Source of the DNA: a virus
Length of the DNA stretch: 64,000 nt
Strand: one strand, 5' to 3'
Virus record (IMG/VR): IMGVR_UViG_3300023184_008416
Location: 1-64,000 of that record
How positions within the stretch are numbered: the first letter of the stretch is position 1; every line of letters starts with the position of its first letter. Of the stretch, positions 39,961 through 50,615 are shown one piece after another. The notes under the pieces were generated by a model that was not told where the DNA came from, made no database searches, and was given only the letters and a program-made list of their open reading frames with translations. A program made the translations under genes and the position numbers.

Positions 39961-40014
39961 TGATTATATATTACAGTTGATTAATTGTGGTGTATTACAT
40001 TACCTACTATTCTA

Positions 40015-41391
40015 ATGAAAAAAACATATGTTTTAGACACAAATGTGTTATTAAGTGATCCCGATAGCATTCAAAGTTTCGAGGACAATGATTTATTGTT
40101 ACCAATTCTCATTTTAGAAGAACTTGATAAACATAAAACAAGATCTGATGATGTTGGTAGAAATGCTCGTCAGGTTAGCAGAAATCTTGACGCCATGCGA
40201 AATCATGGAAATTTTCATGACGGCGTGATGACCCGAGGCGGAGGGATTTTAAGAATAGTTCCGTCCTCTGGGGATCCTCTTGCATTACTTCCAAAAGAAT
40301 TGCAAAAGGGTTCTTCTTTGGATAACATGATCATTGGTTTCATGTTAGAACATCGTGATCAAGACGTCGTTCTCGTATCAAAGGACATCAACATCAGAGT
40401 TAAGTGTGATTCACTCGGATTGAAATGCCAAGATTATCTTAACATGAGAGTATCCTCAGACGTTGAGGATCTGTATCGTGGTGTTAAAGTAATACACGTT
40501 ACCGAGGAAATTGTTGATACTTTTTATAAGGAAGGAAGCTTACCCCTCCAAGGTCTTACACAAGAAAACATATTCCCAAATCAAGTCGTTATCCTTAAGA
40601 CAATTGATGCTGAAGGAAACACTGTTAAATCTGCAATGAGTCGTTGTCACACAGGTGGCGTGTTAAAATCACTTCCCAAATTGGAGAGCGTATTTGGACT
40701 GCGACCAAGAAACAAGGAACAGACATTTTCACTCGATTTATTGTTAGATGAAAATGTCAAATTGCTTTCTCTGACCGGCAAGGCAGGTTGTGGCAAAACA
40801 TTACTTGCCATCGCTGCGGGATTAGAACAGTTAAATTCAATGGGATCTTTACCCAGATACCAAAAGTTAATTGTATCCAGACCAGTGCAACCTGTGGGCA
40901 AAGATATTGGTTATCTTCCGGGAACGTTGGAGGAGAAAATGGAGCCGTGGATCGCGCCCATCCGTGACAATCTAGATTTTTTGTTGGGCGCTAATGAAAA
41001 GAAACCCCAGGGCAATAGAAAGAAAAAATCTGATGAATTCTCGGTATCTTCCAATCCATATCTTGAATTGATGCAGCAGAAAGGTCTCATAGAAATAGAA
41101 GCTATCTCTTTCATCAGGGGTAGGTCTATTCCAAACGCTTTCATAATCATTGATGAAGCTCAAAATTTGACAATACACGAACTCAAGACAATTGTCACTC
41201 GGGTAGGTGAAGGAACGAAGATAGTCCTTACAGGTGACATAGAACAGATAGATAACGTGGACGTTGACATCTATACCAATGGTCTAACATATGCTATCGA
41301 GAAATTTAAAGAATATGACATATCAGGTCACGTGACCCTCTTGAAGGGTGAACGAAGTATTTTGGCTACTTTGGCTTCAAAGATATTGTAA
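40015..41391 (+). CDS. phoH: PIN-PhoH ATPase (PhoH2/YlaK type)
   Basis: KKTYVLDTNVLL PIN start, VSKDINIRVK, GKAGCGKT, IGYLPG.LEEKM.PW, IRGRSI, IIDEAQN, GDIEQID. Likely start ATG 40015. Confidence 0.93.
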   Translation: MKKTYVLDTNVLLSDPDSIQSFEDNDLLLPILILEELDKHKTRSDDVGRNARQVSRNLDAMRNHGNFHDGVMTRGGGILRIVPSSGDPLALLPKELQKGSSLDNMIIGFMLEHRDQDVVLVSKDINIRVKCDSLGLKCQDYLNMRVSSDVEDLYRGVKVIHVTEEIVDTFYKEGSLPLQGLTQENIFPNQVVILKTIDAEGNTVKSAMSRCHTGGVLKSLPKLESVFGLRPRNKEQTFSLDLLLDENVKLLSLTGKAGCGKTLLAIAAGLEQLNSMGSLPRYQKLIVSRPVQPVGKDIGYLPGTLEEKMEPWIAPIRDNLDFLLGANEKKPQGNRKKKSDEFSVSSNPYLELMQQKGLIEIEAISFIRGRSIPNAFIIIDEAQNLTIHELKTIVTRVGEGTKIVLTGDIEQIDNVDVDIYTNGLTYAIEKFKEYDISGHVTLLKGERSILATLASKIL

Positions 41392-41430
41392 TATTTTTGA
41401 TGTTCTAATATTTGTTATCGTGGTATTTGA

Positions 41431-42612
41431 ATGGGAATTTTAGAAAATAAACACAGAATAATTGATTCTACCATCACTCAAGAAGGCCGTCGTCAACTGG
41501 CTTCTGGAATGATGAAGATAGAATACTATTCATTTACCGACAGAGATGTCTTTTATCAAAGTTCTTCTCTTAAATCTGTTGTGACAAACTTACCGGTCGC
41601 GGACGACGCTGCTTCTCGTTTATATTTTGAATCACCCTATTCTCTTCCTGAAGATCAAATAACTCCAGAAGCAGATGATTCAGGTAGATTAAGAATTTTA
41701 GCCGGTGTGGGACAAAAAATTAAAGTTGTTGGCGGAAAGTTATTAGCTTTTGATGTAGACACTGTCACGCAAACTTCAGGAAGCAATGTTCCGTATCTTT
41801 TAATTTCAGGCAGTGCTTTTGCTTCTCAAATTGAAGGATTATTAACTTCTTCATTTGATAACTTTAAGCAACTTAATTTGATAAAATCTCAAGATAGATT
41901 TTTTGATTTTAATACTTCTGATACTGAGTTTGACTTATCAACAAATACACTAAATTTTAGTTCTTCAATAACAAACCGAGTATTTGGTGGTGGTCCAGAG
42001 TACTTTAATTTAAAAGTTGAAGATTATGCAGATTTTTTATCAGATATTAAATTTTCAAATTCAAAAAATTTTGAATTTTTACCACCCATAAAAAAATTAC
42101 CCGTTGGTACGCAAGTTAGTAATTTTACTGAAACACAACTAAATTCTAGTTATTCTTTAGGACCTTATATTAAGGTTCGGCAAGATTTAGTGCCTCCTCC
42201 GGGTAGTCCTAATCCTTTACCTACAAATACTTTAGATTTTAATACTTTAGATAAAACATTTTTACTTTCAGATCAAACAATTTTTTTATTAGGCAAAATT
42301 TCTCAAATAGTTGATACTGATAAAATAATAACTTGGGGCAATTACAGAGGTTTTAATAATTCAATTAGAAAAGGATTTTTAAAAAACGTTGACTTGTTAA
42401 CGTCTGCAATTTCTACTAAAATAGCTTCTCAAATTTTTGAAGTTGATGTAAAGAATAATACTGTAAAAAAACTGGACATTTTAGACATGGGAACTTTTAA
42501 CACTGGAGATAAAGACAGGTCAACTGCCCAGGTTTTTATGGCTGGTAAAGTTTTTGTTGATTCAAAAGGTAGGGATAAATTTTTTCATATTTTTACTCTG
42601 GTGTTTGACTGA
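41431..42612 (+). CDS. Putative virion structural protein (N-terminus paralogous to 49905-50603)
   Basis: MGILENKHRIIDSTITQEGRRQLASG..KIEYYSFTDRDVFY; first gene of a coupled block of large beta-rich proteins. Confidence 0.55.
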   Translation: MGILENKHRIIDSTITQEGRRQLASGMMKIEYYSFTDRDVFYQSSSLKSVVTNLPVADDAASRLYFESPYSLPEDQITPEADDSGRLRILAGVGQKIKVVGGKLLAFDVDTVTQTSGSNVPYLLISGSAFASQIEGLLTSSFDNFKQLNLIKSQDRFFDFNTSDTEFDLSTNTLNFSSSITNRVFGGGPEYFNLKVEDYADFLSDIKFSNSKNFEFLPPIKKLPVGTQVSNFTETQLNSSYSLGPYIKVRQDLVPPPGSPNPLPTNTLDFNTLDKTFLLSDQTIFLLGKISQIVDTDKIITWGNYRGFNNSIRKGFLKNVDLLTSAISTKIASQIFEVDVKNNTVKKLDILDMGTFNTGDKDRSTAQVFMAGKVFVDSKGRDKFFHIFTLVFD

Positions 42613-44930
42613 TGCCACTTTTAACTAAAGATTTAAAAACTGTTGTTAATGCAATCAAATTACCAGAAGATTGCATTTCAATTATTTCTATCAACCAAAA
42701 TGGAAATTATGATATTAAAATTTCTGTCTTGATGGATCTTGAAAAAATAATTTCAAATAAGACTTTTAAAGTTAATTTTAAAGTGTCTCAATCAAAAGAA
42801 TCTTTATTTTCAAGTGAATTAAAAAAAGTATATGACAGTGAAGACATCATTCGAATACAACAATTAAAAATAGACTTTATCAATGGTGTTTATAAGGAAA
42901 ATTATATTTTACAGCAAGAACTAGATTTAACTACTACAATTAATAATTTAAACGTTAATGGATCACTAAAAGAAATAACACCAAATTTAGGGTATAAGAA
43001 ATTTTCAAATTTTAGTGTAAATTCTAAAATAAACTTTCAAAGTGATGCAGAACAGTTTAAAAATGAATATCTACAAACTGAAAATTTGGCTAGCGTTTTA
43101 AAAAGTCAAAACAAAGATCCACTTTCAAAATTAACAAATATTCCATTTATTAGTTTGTTAGAGTCAACAAAAAGTATCGATGGAAATATCAGTGATGTAC
43201 CATCACTATCTGTTCAAGAATTACATTACATCAATGCGTATAAACAAACCTTTAGTAATTTAGACCTTGTTGCTGACGATTTGATACCAACAATTAATTC
43301 TAACTTAAGTTCTGTTTCTAAATTTGAAAAAATAATTTCTGTAAACCCCAATGGATTTGACACCAACAAGTTACAAATCTCTGCAGATTTAATTGATATT
43401 AATGGTCAAACTGTTCAAACAGAAGAAATTACTATTAATTTCCAAAAAATATTACAATTATTCAAATCAATTAATGACGCTCCTCTTATAAAAATTTCAA
43501 AAGCATCATTTCCTCCTAATTTTTTAGCAGTCGAAGTAAGGAGTAAATCAAACAGTTTAGATAAATGTGATCTTTACCTTAGAAATGAAGATCAGGGAAA
43601 TTATCAAAATCAAAAAATCACCCTAAATAATGGATCATTTTATTTTAAATTACCAATGATAAAGAGTAATTTGAATATAAAAACAAATTATTCTTCAATA
43701 GAGGGCAAATCAAATCAAGGATTTAAATTTAGTTCATCAACATTTTCCAATCCAAGACAAAAAACGCTAGTTGGATTTGTGACTGCAACACAAGCAAAAA
43801 AGGATATTTTTGTTTCTGCAAGAAACCTGCACCCGCTTACAACGGGCGTAACATTCTATGTTATAGATAAGACATTAAAATCAAATCCTAGAAAAATTAA
43901 TGCATCTACTGTTACAAATGGGGTAGTTACACAAACAGCTATACACGTAAATCCATTTCCACGACATGTGTATGAATACTATTGTGTTTCTCAATTGTCA
44001 GACGGCACTCATGTTAAGAGCAAATCTGACATTATAGAGTGTTTTTCTTTTTATGATTGTGGAATTGAATTGGGATACAATAATCTGTCAATAACAACTA
44101 ATGATGTTTCTTTTAGTGTGAATTTAAAAAATATTGACACAGTTACCGATAAAATATTTAATTTTGTAAGGTTAAGAGGTCTTGAATCATATTTTACTGG
44201 TGATTTTTCAAATCAAATTTCATCAATTAAGAAGTTACTATCATACCACGTTCACAGAGTCAATGTTTCCAAAGGAAACAGAGATTATTTAGGATTTTTT
44301 GTTGACGGCGAATCATTCTCAGACTCAAGTGCCGTTAGTCTTCAAGGTGCAACCCAAAGATTACAAACAGAAAATTACATTTATCAAATTTTTGTAACTT
44401 TGACAGATTCATCAACTCTCTTTGACAATCAAACAAATCAAGTTTTTTCTGATGATAAAATGCAAAGCTATTCTTTTAATTCACAAAAATTTAAAAATTC
44501 ATTCACAAGACTTAATTCAACATTAATAACACCCAGAGGTATAAAGAAAAAAATACCTGGAACTTTATTTTCTCATGATGTCATAGCTTCAATTAACATC
44601 ATTGTTCCATCGGCAAACAATCTCTCAAGTAATCTTGGGCAAATTAAAATTGACAGAGTTTACAATGATGGAAAAACACTCTTGTCTCTTAAGTGGTCTT
44701 CTTTCAATTCACCTAATATTGATTATTTCTTGTTAAGTAAAGTAGTCTCAGGAAGATTTAATTTTATAGGAAGATGTATAAATCTTTCACGGGGGTCAGA
44801 GTACGTTGATGTTGTTGATCAATATGGAAATATTCACTATTTCATAACCCCTGTTTATTATAATGGAACTTTTGGAACCCCTCTTTCAACTTCAATAGTA
44901 GTTAATCCTCCGATGGAACAGGTGATATAA
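42612..44930 (+). CDS. Large putative virion protein with Ig/FN3-like segments
   Basis: 772 aa, Asn/Ser-rich; C-terminal LSLKW..NIDYFLL...EYVD...HYFITPVYYNG. Confidence 0.5.
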   Translation: MPLLTKDLKTVVNAIKLPEDCISIISINQNGNYDIKISVLMDLEKIISNKTFKVNFKVSQSKESLFSSELKKVYDSEDIIRIQQLKIDFINGVYKENYILQQELDLTTTINNLNVNGSLKEITPNLGYKKFSNFSVNSKINFQSDAEQFKNEYLQTENLASVLKSQNKDPLSKLTNIPFISLLESTKSIDGNISDVPSLSVQELHYINAYKQTFSNLDLVADDLIPTINSNLSSVSKFEKIISVNPNGFDTNKLQISADLIDINGQTVQTEEITINFQKILQLFKSINDAPLIKISKASFPPNFLAVEVRSKSNSLDKCDLYLRNEDQGNYQNQKITLNNGSFYFKLPMIKSNLNIKTNYSSIEGKSNQGFKFSSSTFSNPRQKTLVGFVTATQAKKDIFVSARNLHPLTTGVTFYVIDKTLKSNPRKINASTVTNGVVTQTAIHVNPFPRHVYEYYCVSQLSDGTHVKSKSDIIECFSFYDCGIELGYNNLSITTNDVSFSVNLKNIDTVTDKIFNFVRLRGLESYFTGDFSNQISSIKKLLSYHVHRVNVSKGNRDYLGFFVDGESFSDSSAVSLQGATQRLQTENYIYQIFVTLTDSSTLFDNQTNQVFSDDKMQSYSFNSQKFKNSFTRLNSTLITPRGIKKKIPGTLFSHDVIASINIIVPSANNLSSNLGQIKIDRVYNDGKTLLSLKWSSFNSPNIDYFLLSKVVSGRFNFIGRCINLSRGSEYVDVVDQYGNIHYFITPVYYNGTFGTPLSTSIVVNPPMEQVI

Positions 44931-47900
44931 TGCCCGACCTCTCAGACTTATCTCCCGTAATTTTAGCAATTTCTGAATACAGAAATCTTTCAGATAATAA
45001 GGGTTATGATGTAACCGAATCCTCCTTTGGACTGGATGACAAGAGCATTTATCCATCTATTAATTCTTTAGGCGAATATTTTGATCTTCAAATTCAATCA
45101 AAATACATTGATTCATTGTTATACGATAAAATTTTTGACAACTTATCAGGCAGTTTACAACAACTTAGTGATTCAAATAAAAAATTAATCTCCCCCACTC
45201 TAACCAATTTAATTGATACGATAGATTCAATTAAAAATTATACTGTTATTGCCAAGTCTAGCCTTGACCTGACTCTTAATTCTCAAAATGATATTGCAAT
45301 TAGAGAAATAATTGATCCACAACACAGTTTTATTGATAAACCCAACATCACATCAACCAAAATATGGTTGCAGGCTATTTCAAATATACGTGCAAATTTT
45401 TATGGATTTATTCCAGATTATGCGAAATTAAGTTCACAAGAATCAAAGATTCTTGGATTAGGTTCTGCATATCAAGATCCTCTTAAATGGAATGATACTT
45501 ACACTTTTTTGCAAGGAAATCCCCAATACGCAGAATTCGGTCCTCTCGCACGTGTGATTATTTTACCTAATATTTTAGTACCATTTCAAGATATTCAATA
45601 TGATTCAAAAAAGAATATTGTTGAATTTAGCGGCAAAGAAAGAAAATCAAATGAATTTTTAAGTGCATATGGAAACAATTCATTATATCAAATTTTTAAT
45701 TTTTCATTTGTAGGAAATCGTGCTTCAGATGATTATAAAAAATTCTTATTGTATTTTTCTTGGATTTATTTGCTTTCAAAACTAACACCTGACACATCCT
45801 CCCTTGAAAATCTTAACAATAATTTAACTAATATTTTTGATGATTTTACTCTTCCCAATACACTTTTTAAGTTTGCTTACGACAAATCAAGCGATTTTAA
45901 AAAAGTCCTTACCCTTGAAAATGATTACATACAATACGTGCCAGAAAATAATAAGATTTTAAAACCAGGCACGGCAGAATTTTTTGATGATGCTTTTATA
46001 AATCCAGACAAATTTAAAAAATTACAAACAAAAGTGAGTGAAACCACGGGTTTGCTTCAATTTTTAAAATCAACAATTTCTGACACGGAAAATCTACCAC
46101 TTTTAATGGTAAACACTGACAAAAGAATTGCTGAGATTGTTGGTGATCCATTACAAGGGCGGGTGCCAATTTCTCTTAAAAAAGATAGAATTGGGGTAGG
46201 ATTGTATCTTACTAAACAGGCAGACGTTGTAGGTAAAAATGCCGAATATACTGTTGATCCAATTAGCGAAACTAAACAAATTCAATATGAGTTACAAGCG
46301 TTAGACTTGTTTTCATTTTGTTACAATCAAGTAGTAGTACCAACGGGTAATTTTTTTACGGATGGAGAAAATCCACCAAATTTTCTATTAATTTTAGGAT
46401 TATTTGATTTTATTTCTAAATATGTAAAAAATGGCGATCCATCACCTTCAGAAGCACTGCAATATTTGTTATTTGTACAGTCACAATTTAATAGCGGGAT
46501 TCTAACAATTCAGGGTGGATCTAATGTACCTGTAACTAACCTTTTCGACAATTTGTTAACAACAAGTGATGATTTTAAAGGTGCGTGGTCTACTGCCGCC
46601 GCTGGATCAGAATATAACACTGGAGAACAGAATTCTCAGGCTCAGGCATCAGGTTGGACGGGTCAAGATGCGTTGTTAAAAGCATGCGACAATATTTTTA
46701 AAAGTAACTTATTGAAGTCATTTAAAGATCTTTATACTGAAGCAAATACCATGTTAGATACTGTCTGTATAGATAATAGAACAAAAGTTGGAAGTATACC
46801 AAAAGATTTTATTTTATTTAAATTATTTTTACAGCAGTTGCAATATGTTTTTACTACCGTATCTGGTAAATTTAGGTTCCCCAATCAGAATGAAATAGAT
46901 AAATCTGAATCTGATGCAAATCCACATTTGGGATTTAATGGTGAATTTATTACTAATTCAAATAAAAAATTTATTGAGGATCTGGTCATCAATAAATTAC
47001 AAGCATTTATTGATAAGTTTTCAGAGATAGAGACGGCAATAAATAATTTTGACCAGTATGTTATTAGCCCCGCCACGGGCGGTTTACAAAAAGTAAAAGA
47101 CTATGTTCAACCATTAGGAATTAGTCAAGATACCGCAGCAATGAATGCATTATTTTCAAATGGACAGTTGAGTCTGCTTAGGTCTAGGTTGGAATCAATG
47201 TATGATTACACAGTTGTTTACCCAGATTCAAAGGTACAAATCTTAGACAATTCGATGATAAGATCAACCCAGTCAAAGGCCGCAATCTTTAACATGGATA
47301 CTCACAATTTTGGTAAAGAAGAATTTTTTGACAAGTTTGACATTTTAACCGTGGGTTTACCCAGATTTTTTCATGATTTATTTAGATCTAGATTTAAAAT
47401 CTCAAAATCAAAACAATCATTTCCTATTGGTTTTCAACAATTTAATCAAAAAAAATCAAAACAAGTTGACGTTTTTAAGATAGTAGTTCTTAGAACTGAT
47501 GAATTATATCCAGACATAAAATTTAAACCCATTGAATTTATATTTGATTTTAGCATACTTCCTAATAATCTTCATTACGGTCCTAAAATTAGTGATGTTG
47601 GTTTGTCAGATCCTGAAAATCCAACTTTAATAACTGATCCGAATAGCCCAAAATCAGCTTTAAGTTTTTCTCTTTATAAAAATGTATTAGGTACACAAAA
47701 AGAAGAAGTTTTAAATAATCTTGCAAAGGTTCTTTATAATCATCAAACAAGTCATTTATTGGGTTTATATTTGACAAATTTAACTGGGATTGAAATGAAT
47801 GAACATTCACTTTACACAATTGATGACATTAAGAATGATAAAATTTTAAGAACCAACGCAATTATTACTAGTGTGATTCAACAAAATCAAAAAAGTTTAA

Positions 47901-48178
47901 AATCAAATTTATTGAAAGCTTCAAACAGTTTAATTCGTGGAATTACATCTTTGTCAGATCCAACAGTGATAAATGATTATGCATTAAGACCCAGAGCATT
48001 TGATCGGGTTTATAACATACCCGTTCCTAAAAGGTTTGAATTAGAATCTTTACCACAAAATCCCAAATACTCAGGATTAATTGATTCCATACAATCTTCA
48101 AATTATCTAAGTAGGAGTGCACCGTCAGTCGCACAATATCAAGTTTATGTTCAATCAATCAATGATTATAATAAGTAA
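44930..48178 (+). CDS. Large hypothetical protein, probably virion-associated
   Basis: 1082-aa ORF translationally coupled in the structural block. Confidence 0.5.
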   Translation: MPDLSDLSPVILAISEYRNLSDNKGYDVTESSFGLDDKSIYPSINSLGEYFDLQIQSKYIDSLLYDKIFDNLSGSLQQLSDSNKKLISPTLTNLIDTIDSIKNYTVIAKSSLDLTLNSQNDIAIREIIDPQHSFIDKPNITSTKIWLQAISNIRANFYGFIPDYAKLSSQESKILGLGSAYQDPLKWNDTYTFLQGNPQYAEFGPLARVIILPNILVPFQDIQYDSKKNIVEFSGKERKSNEFLSAYGNNSLYQIFNFSFVGNRASDDYKKFLLYFSWIYLLSKLTPDTSSLENLNNNLTNIFDDFTLPNTLFKFAYDKSSDFKKVLTLENDYIQYVPENNKILKPGTAEFFDDAFINPDKFKKLQTKVSETTGLLQFLKSTISDTENLPLLMVNTDKRIAEIVGDPLQGRVPISLKKDRIGVGLYLTKQADVVGKNAEYTVDPISETKQIQYELQALDLFSFCYNQVVVPTGNFFTDGENPPNFLLILGLFDFISKYVKNGDPSPSEALQYLLFVQSQFNSGILTIQGGSNVPVTNLFDNLLTTSDDFKGAWSTAAAGSEYNTGEQNSQAQASGWTGQDALLKACDNIFKSNLLKSFKDLYTEANTMLDTVCIDNRTKVGSIPKDFILFKLFLQQLQYVFTTVSGKFRFPNQNEIDKSESDANPHLGFNGEFITNSNKKFIEDLVINKLQAFIDKFSEIETAINNFDQYVISPATGGLQKVKDYVQPLGISQDTAAMNALFSNGQLSLLRSRLESMYDYTVVYPDSKVQILDNSMIRSTQSKAAIFNMDTHNFGKEEFFDKFDILTVGLPRFFHDLFRSRFKISKSKQSFPIGFQQFNQKKSKQVDVFKIVVLRTDELYPDIKFKPIEFIFDFSILPNNLHYGPKISDVGLSDPENPTLITDPNSPKSALSFSLYKNVLGTQKEEVLNNLAKVLYNHQTSHLLGLYLTNLTGIEMNEHSLYTIDDIKNDKILRTNAIITSVIQQNQKSLKSNLLKASNSLIRGITSLSDPTVINDYALRPRAFDRVYNIPVPKRFELESLPQNPKYSGLIDSIQSSNYLSRSAPSVAQYQVYVQSINDYNK

Positions 48179-48183
48179 AAAAA

Positions 48184-49821
48184 ATGACTATACCTGATTC
48201 CATATTTTTTAATGATTCAACTCAAACGGGTAATTCAAATCCTGTTTACTCTTTATATATTTCACCGTCTACGACCATAAATGCTGAATTTAAATACTTT
48301 TTCTTTGTTAAAGATGAAAAAGTATCGCCTGCTGTTTACAATCAACAGAATAAATCTTATCCAAGATATATAAAAATTAATTTAAAAAGTAGTTGGAAAG
48401 GACCCGTAGTTAAGGGTATTGTCAATAAAAGTATTCCACCAGCCATAACAGAAAACTTAAATAATAATTTTGTTCCCATTGAGTTACAAAATTTTAATTT
48501 ATTGCCCAACATAAAGATTCAATTAAGTGGCTCATTTTTAGGTTTAGCAGGTGTAGTGAAGAGATCACCGTTACCCCCAATAACACCAAGAATTTTAAAT
48601 TCTATTAATAACTCTGTAATTAATTTTTTAACAGGTGTTAGTATCAATTTTAGCCCAAACAACAATATTAATTTGGGGAGTTTGTCTGACTTAGAAAAAC
48701 AATTTTTTTCAACAGCAATCAACTCATCATACGCAAAAAGCTTAGTTAATTCTGCCAATTTTGTTACTAATAATGCGTTTTTTTCTGGAACTTTAAAGCA
48801 ATATGAAAATGTTTCCCCCAAGGATAAATATAACATTCTTACTCCGTATGACATACCTAAAAAAATTCCATTGGGACAAGTCCCCAACATGGAAATAGCT
48901 TTTGCTGGATTTTATTTAGATAAATATTCTGTTGATGATTTAGACAATTTTACCTTTATAAAATCATTTCTCATTGAAAATGACTTCTTTGAAGACAAAG
49001 AAGTACTCTATGGAAAAAAGTATGCGTATCGAGCAAGAGAAATTTATTCAATGCCGTTGATTACGCCGGCGCCGGATTTTGGATTGAATTTTAGTCATTA
49101 TCTTGTTGCCGTCAATTCAACAAATTTTCAATTTGTAGAAAGTATTATAAATGTTTCCCCTCCACCTCCGGTCGATCTTGACTTTATTTTTGATTATGAA
49201 AATGAAGGTCTCGTATTAACCTGGAATTTTCCGACGTACTCGATTGAAGATATTAAGGGGTTCTTAATCTTTAAAAGATTCAATATTGACGAGCCGTATC
49301 AACTCATAAAAATGTATAGTTTTAATGATGATGTATTGCCCTTACCTTTACCAAATTATCTTTTAGATCCAGAGATTACAGAAATTTTAGACAATCCTAA
49401 GATTACTTTTTTTGATGCTGATTTTAATAAAAATGGTTCTCAAATTTATTCTATTGTTGCTTATACTTCTCATGGTTATTACTCAAATTTATCTCCCCAA
49501 ATTAACGTGACTTTTGATGTATCAAGAAATAAAATAAAGAAAAGTTTGATTTCAAATTTAGGTGCTCCCCTATCGTATCCAAATCTTTATTTTAAACAAG
49601 ATCTGTTCAAAGATTTGATGTTTGTTGAAGGTTATTCTAGGCTCAGGGTTTCTTTTGATCCGGCCTGTAGAAATGTTTCTTTTTCAAACAATTTGCCGTC
49701 ACAAAAATTATATGTTTCAACAAAAGATAATTCTGAAAACAAATATGTAATGACGATGTTAAATGTTGACAATCAATCTTTTCAAAAAATGTCAGTTAGT
49801 ATTTTTGACAATGAAACCTAA
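48184..49821 (+). CDS. Putative virion protein with FN3-like domains
   Basis: FEDKEVLYGKKYAYRAR; PPPPVDLDF...LVLTWNFP...DIKGFLIFKR...YSIVAYTSHGYYSNLS. Confidence 0.55.
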   Translation: MTIPDSIFFNDSTQTGNSNPVYSLYISPSTTINAEFKYFFFVKDEKVSPAVYNQQNKSYPRYIKINLKSSWKGPVVKGIVNKSIPPAITENLNNNFVPIELQNFNLLPNIKIQLSGSFLGLAGVVKRSPLPPITPRILNSINNSVINFLTGVSINFSPNNNINLGSLSDLEKQFFSTAINSSYAKSLVNSANFVTNNAFFSGTLKQYENVSPKDKYNILTPYDIPKKIPLGQVPNMEIAFAGFYLDKYSVDDLDNFTFIKSFLIENDFFEDKEVLYGKKYAYRAREIYSMPLITPAPDFGLNFSHYLVAVNSTNFQFVESIINVSPPPPVDLDFIFDYENEGLVLTWNFPTYSIEDIKGFLIFKRFNIDEPYQLIKMYSFNDDVLPLPLPNYLLDPEITEILDNPKITFFDADFNKNGSQIYSIVAYTSHGYYSNLSPQINVTFDVSRNKIKKSLISNLGAPLSYPNLYFKQDLFKDLMFVEGYSRLRVSFDPACRNVSFSNNLPSQKLYVSTKDNSENKYVMTMLNVDNQSFQKMSVSIFDNET

Positions 49822-49904
49822 ATTTAATCATTTAACCTAAGCAATATTGTTGATATTTTGAGGTTAAAATAATCGAAAAATTGTATTTAAGGTAACAGGA
49901 CAAT

Positions 49905-50603
49905 ATGGGATTTTTAGACAATACAACAAATAACATCATTTTAGATGCTGTTTTAACAGACACGGGAAGACAATTTTTGGCCAAAAATGATGGATCATTT
50001 TCTTTATATAAATTTGCACTCGGTGATGATGAGGTAAATTACAACATAATAAATAAATACGGAAGAACTGTTGGAATAGAAAAAATTCAAAAAAATATAC
50101 CGATTTTTGAAGCAATAACAAATCAAAATTATGCTCTAAAATACAAACTAGTGAGTGTTTCAAATCGATCCTTGACATATTTACCCACCCTCAGATTGTC
50201 TCAAACACAAACTATTCGTTTAAATCTTGCACAAACAGGAAATAGATCTCAGAATTTAATTGTCAATCAGGTTGCCGGTGGAAATGGTTCTGTTGTTGTT
50301 GAAAATGATCTACAAGATTCGTTTTATATTATTGAAGTGAATGATTTATTCATTGATCTACAAGGTGCAAGAAATAACTTACAATTTGTAGATGCTCAGC
50401 AAAAAGCAACTTATAAATTTTTGAGTACCGAATCAAACAGCGACAGAGGGACGGGAGTTAGATTCACGGTTGCTACTAAACCTATATCAACACAGTTGTT
50501 TTCTATTTACGGAAAAAATAATGTGATTACAACTTATGTTAAAGTTACTGGTGGCTTATCTGGGGCTGTTTTAGAATTTCCGGTTTATATATCACTTGCT
50601 TAA
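49905..50603 (+). CDS. Putative virion structural protein (tail-collar/DUF3751-like N-terminus)
   Basis: MGFLDNTTNNIILDAVLTDTGRQFLA..DGSFSLYKFALGDDEVNY. Confidence 0.6.
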   Translation: MGFLDNTTNNIILDAVLTDTGRQFLAKNDGSFSLYKFALGDDEVNYNIINKYGRTVGIEKIQKNIPIFEAITNQNYALKYKLVSVSNRSLTYLPTLRLSQTQTIRLNLAQTGNRSQNLIVNQVAGGNGSVVVENDLQDSFYIIEVNDLFIDLQGARNNLQFVDAQQKATYKFLSTESNSDRGTGVRFTVATKPISTQLFSIYGKNNVITTYVKVTGGLSGAVLEFPVYISLA

Positions 50604-50615
50604 TAGGAAAATGAA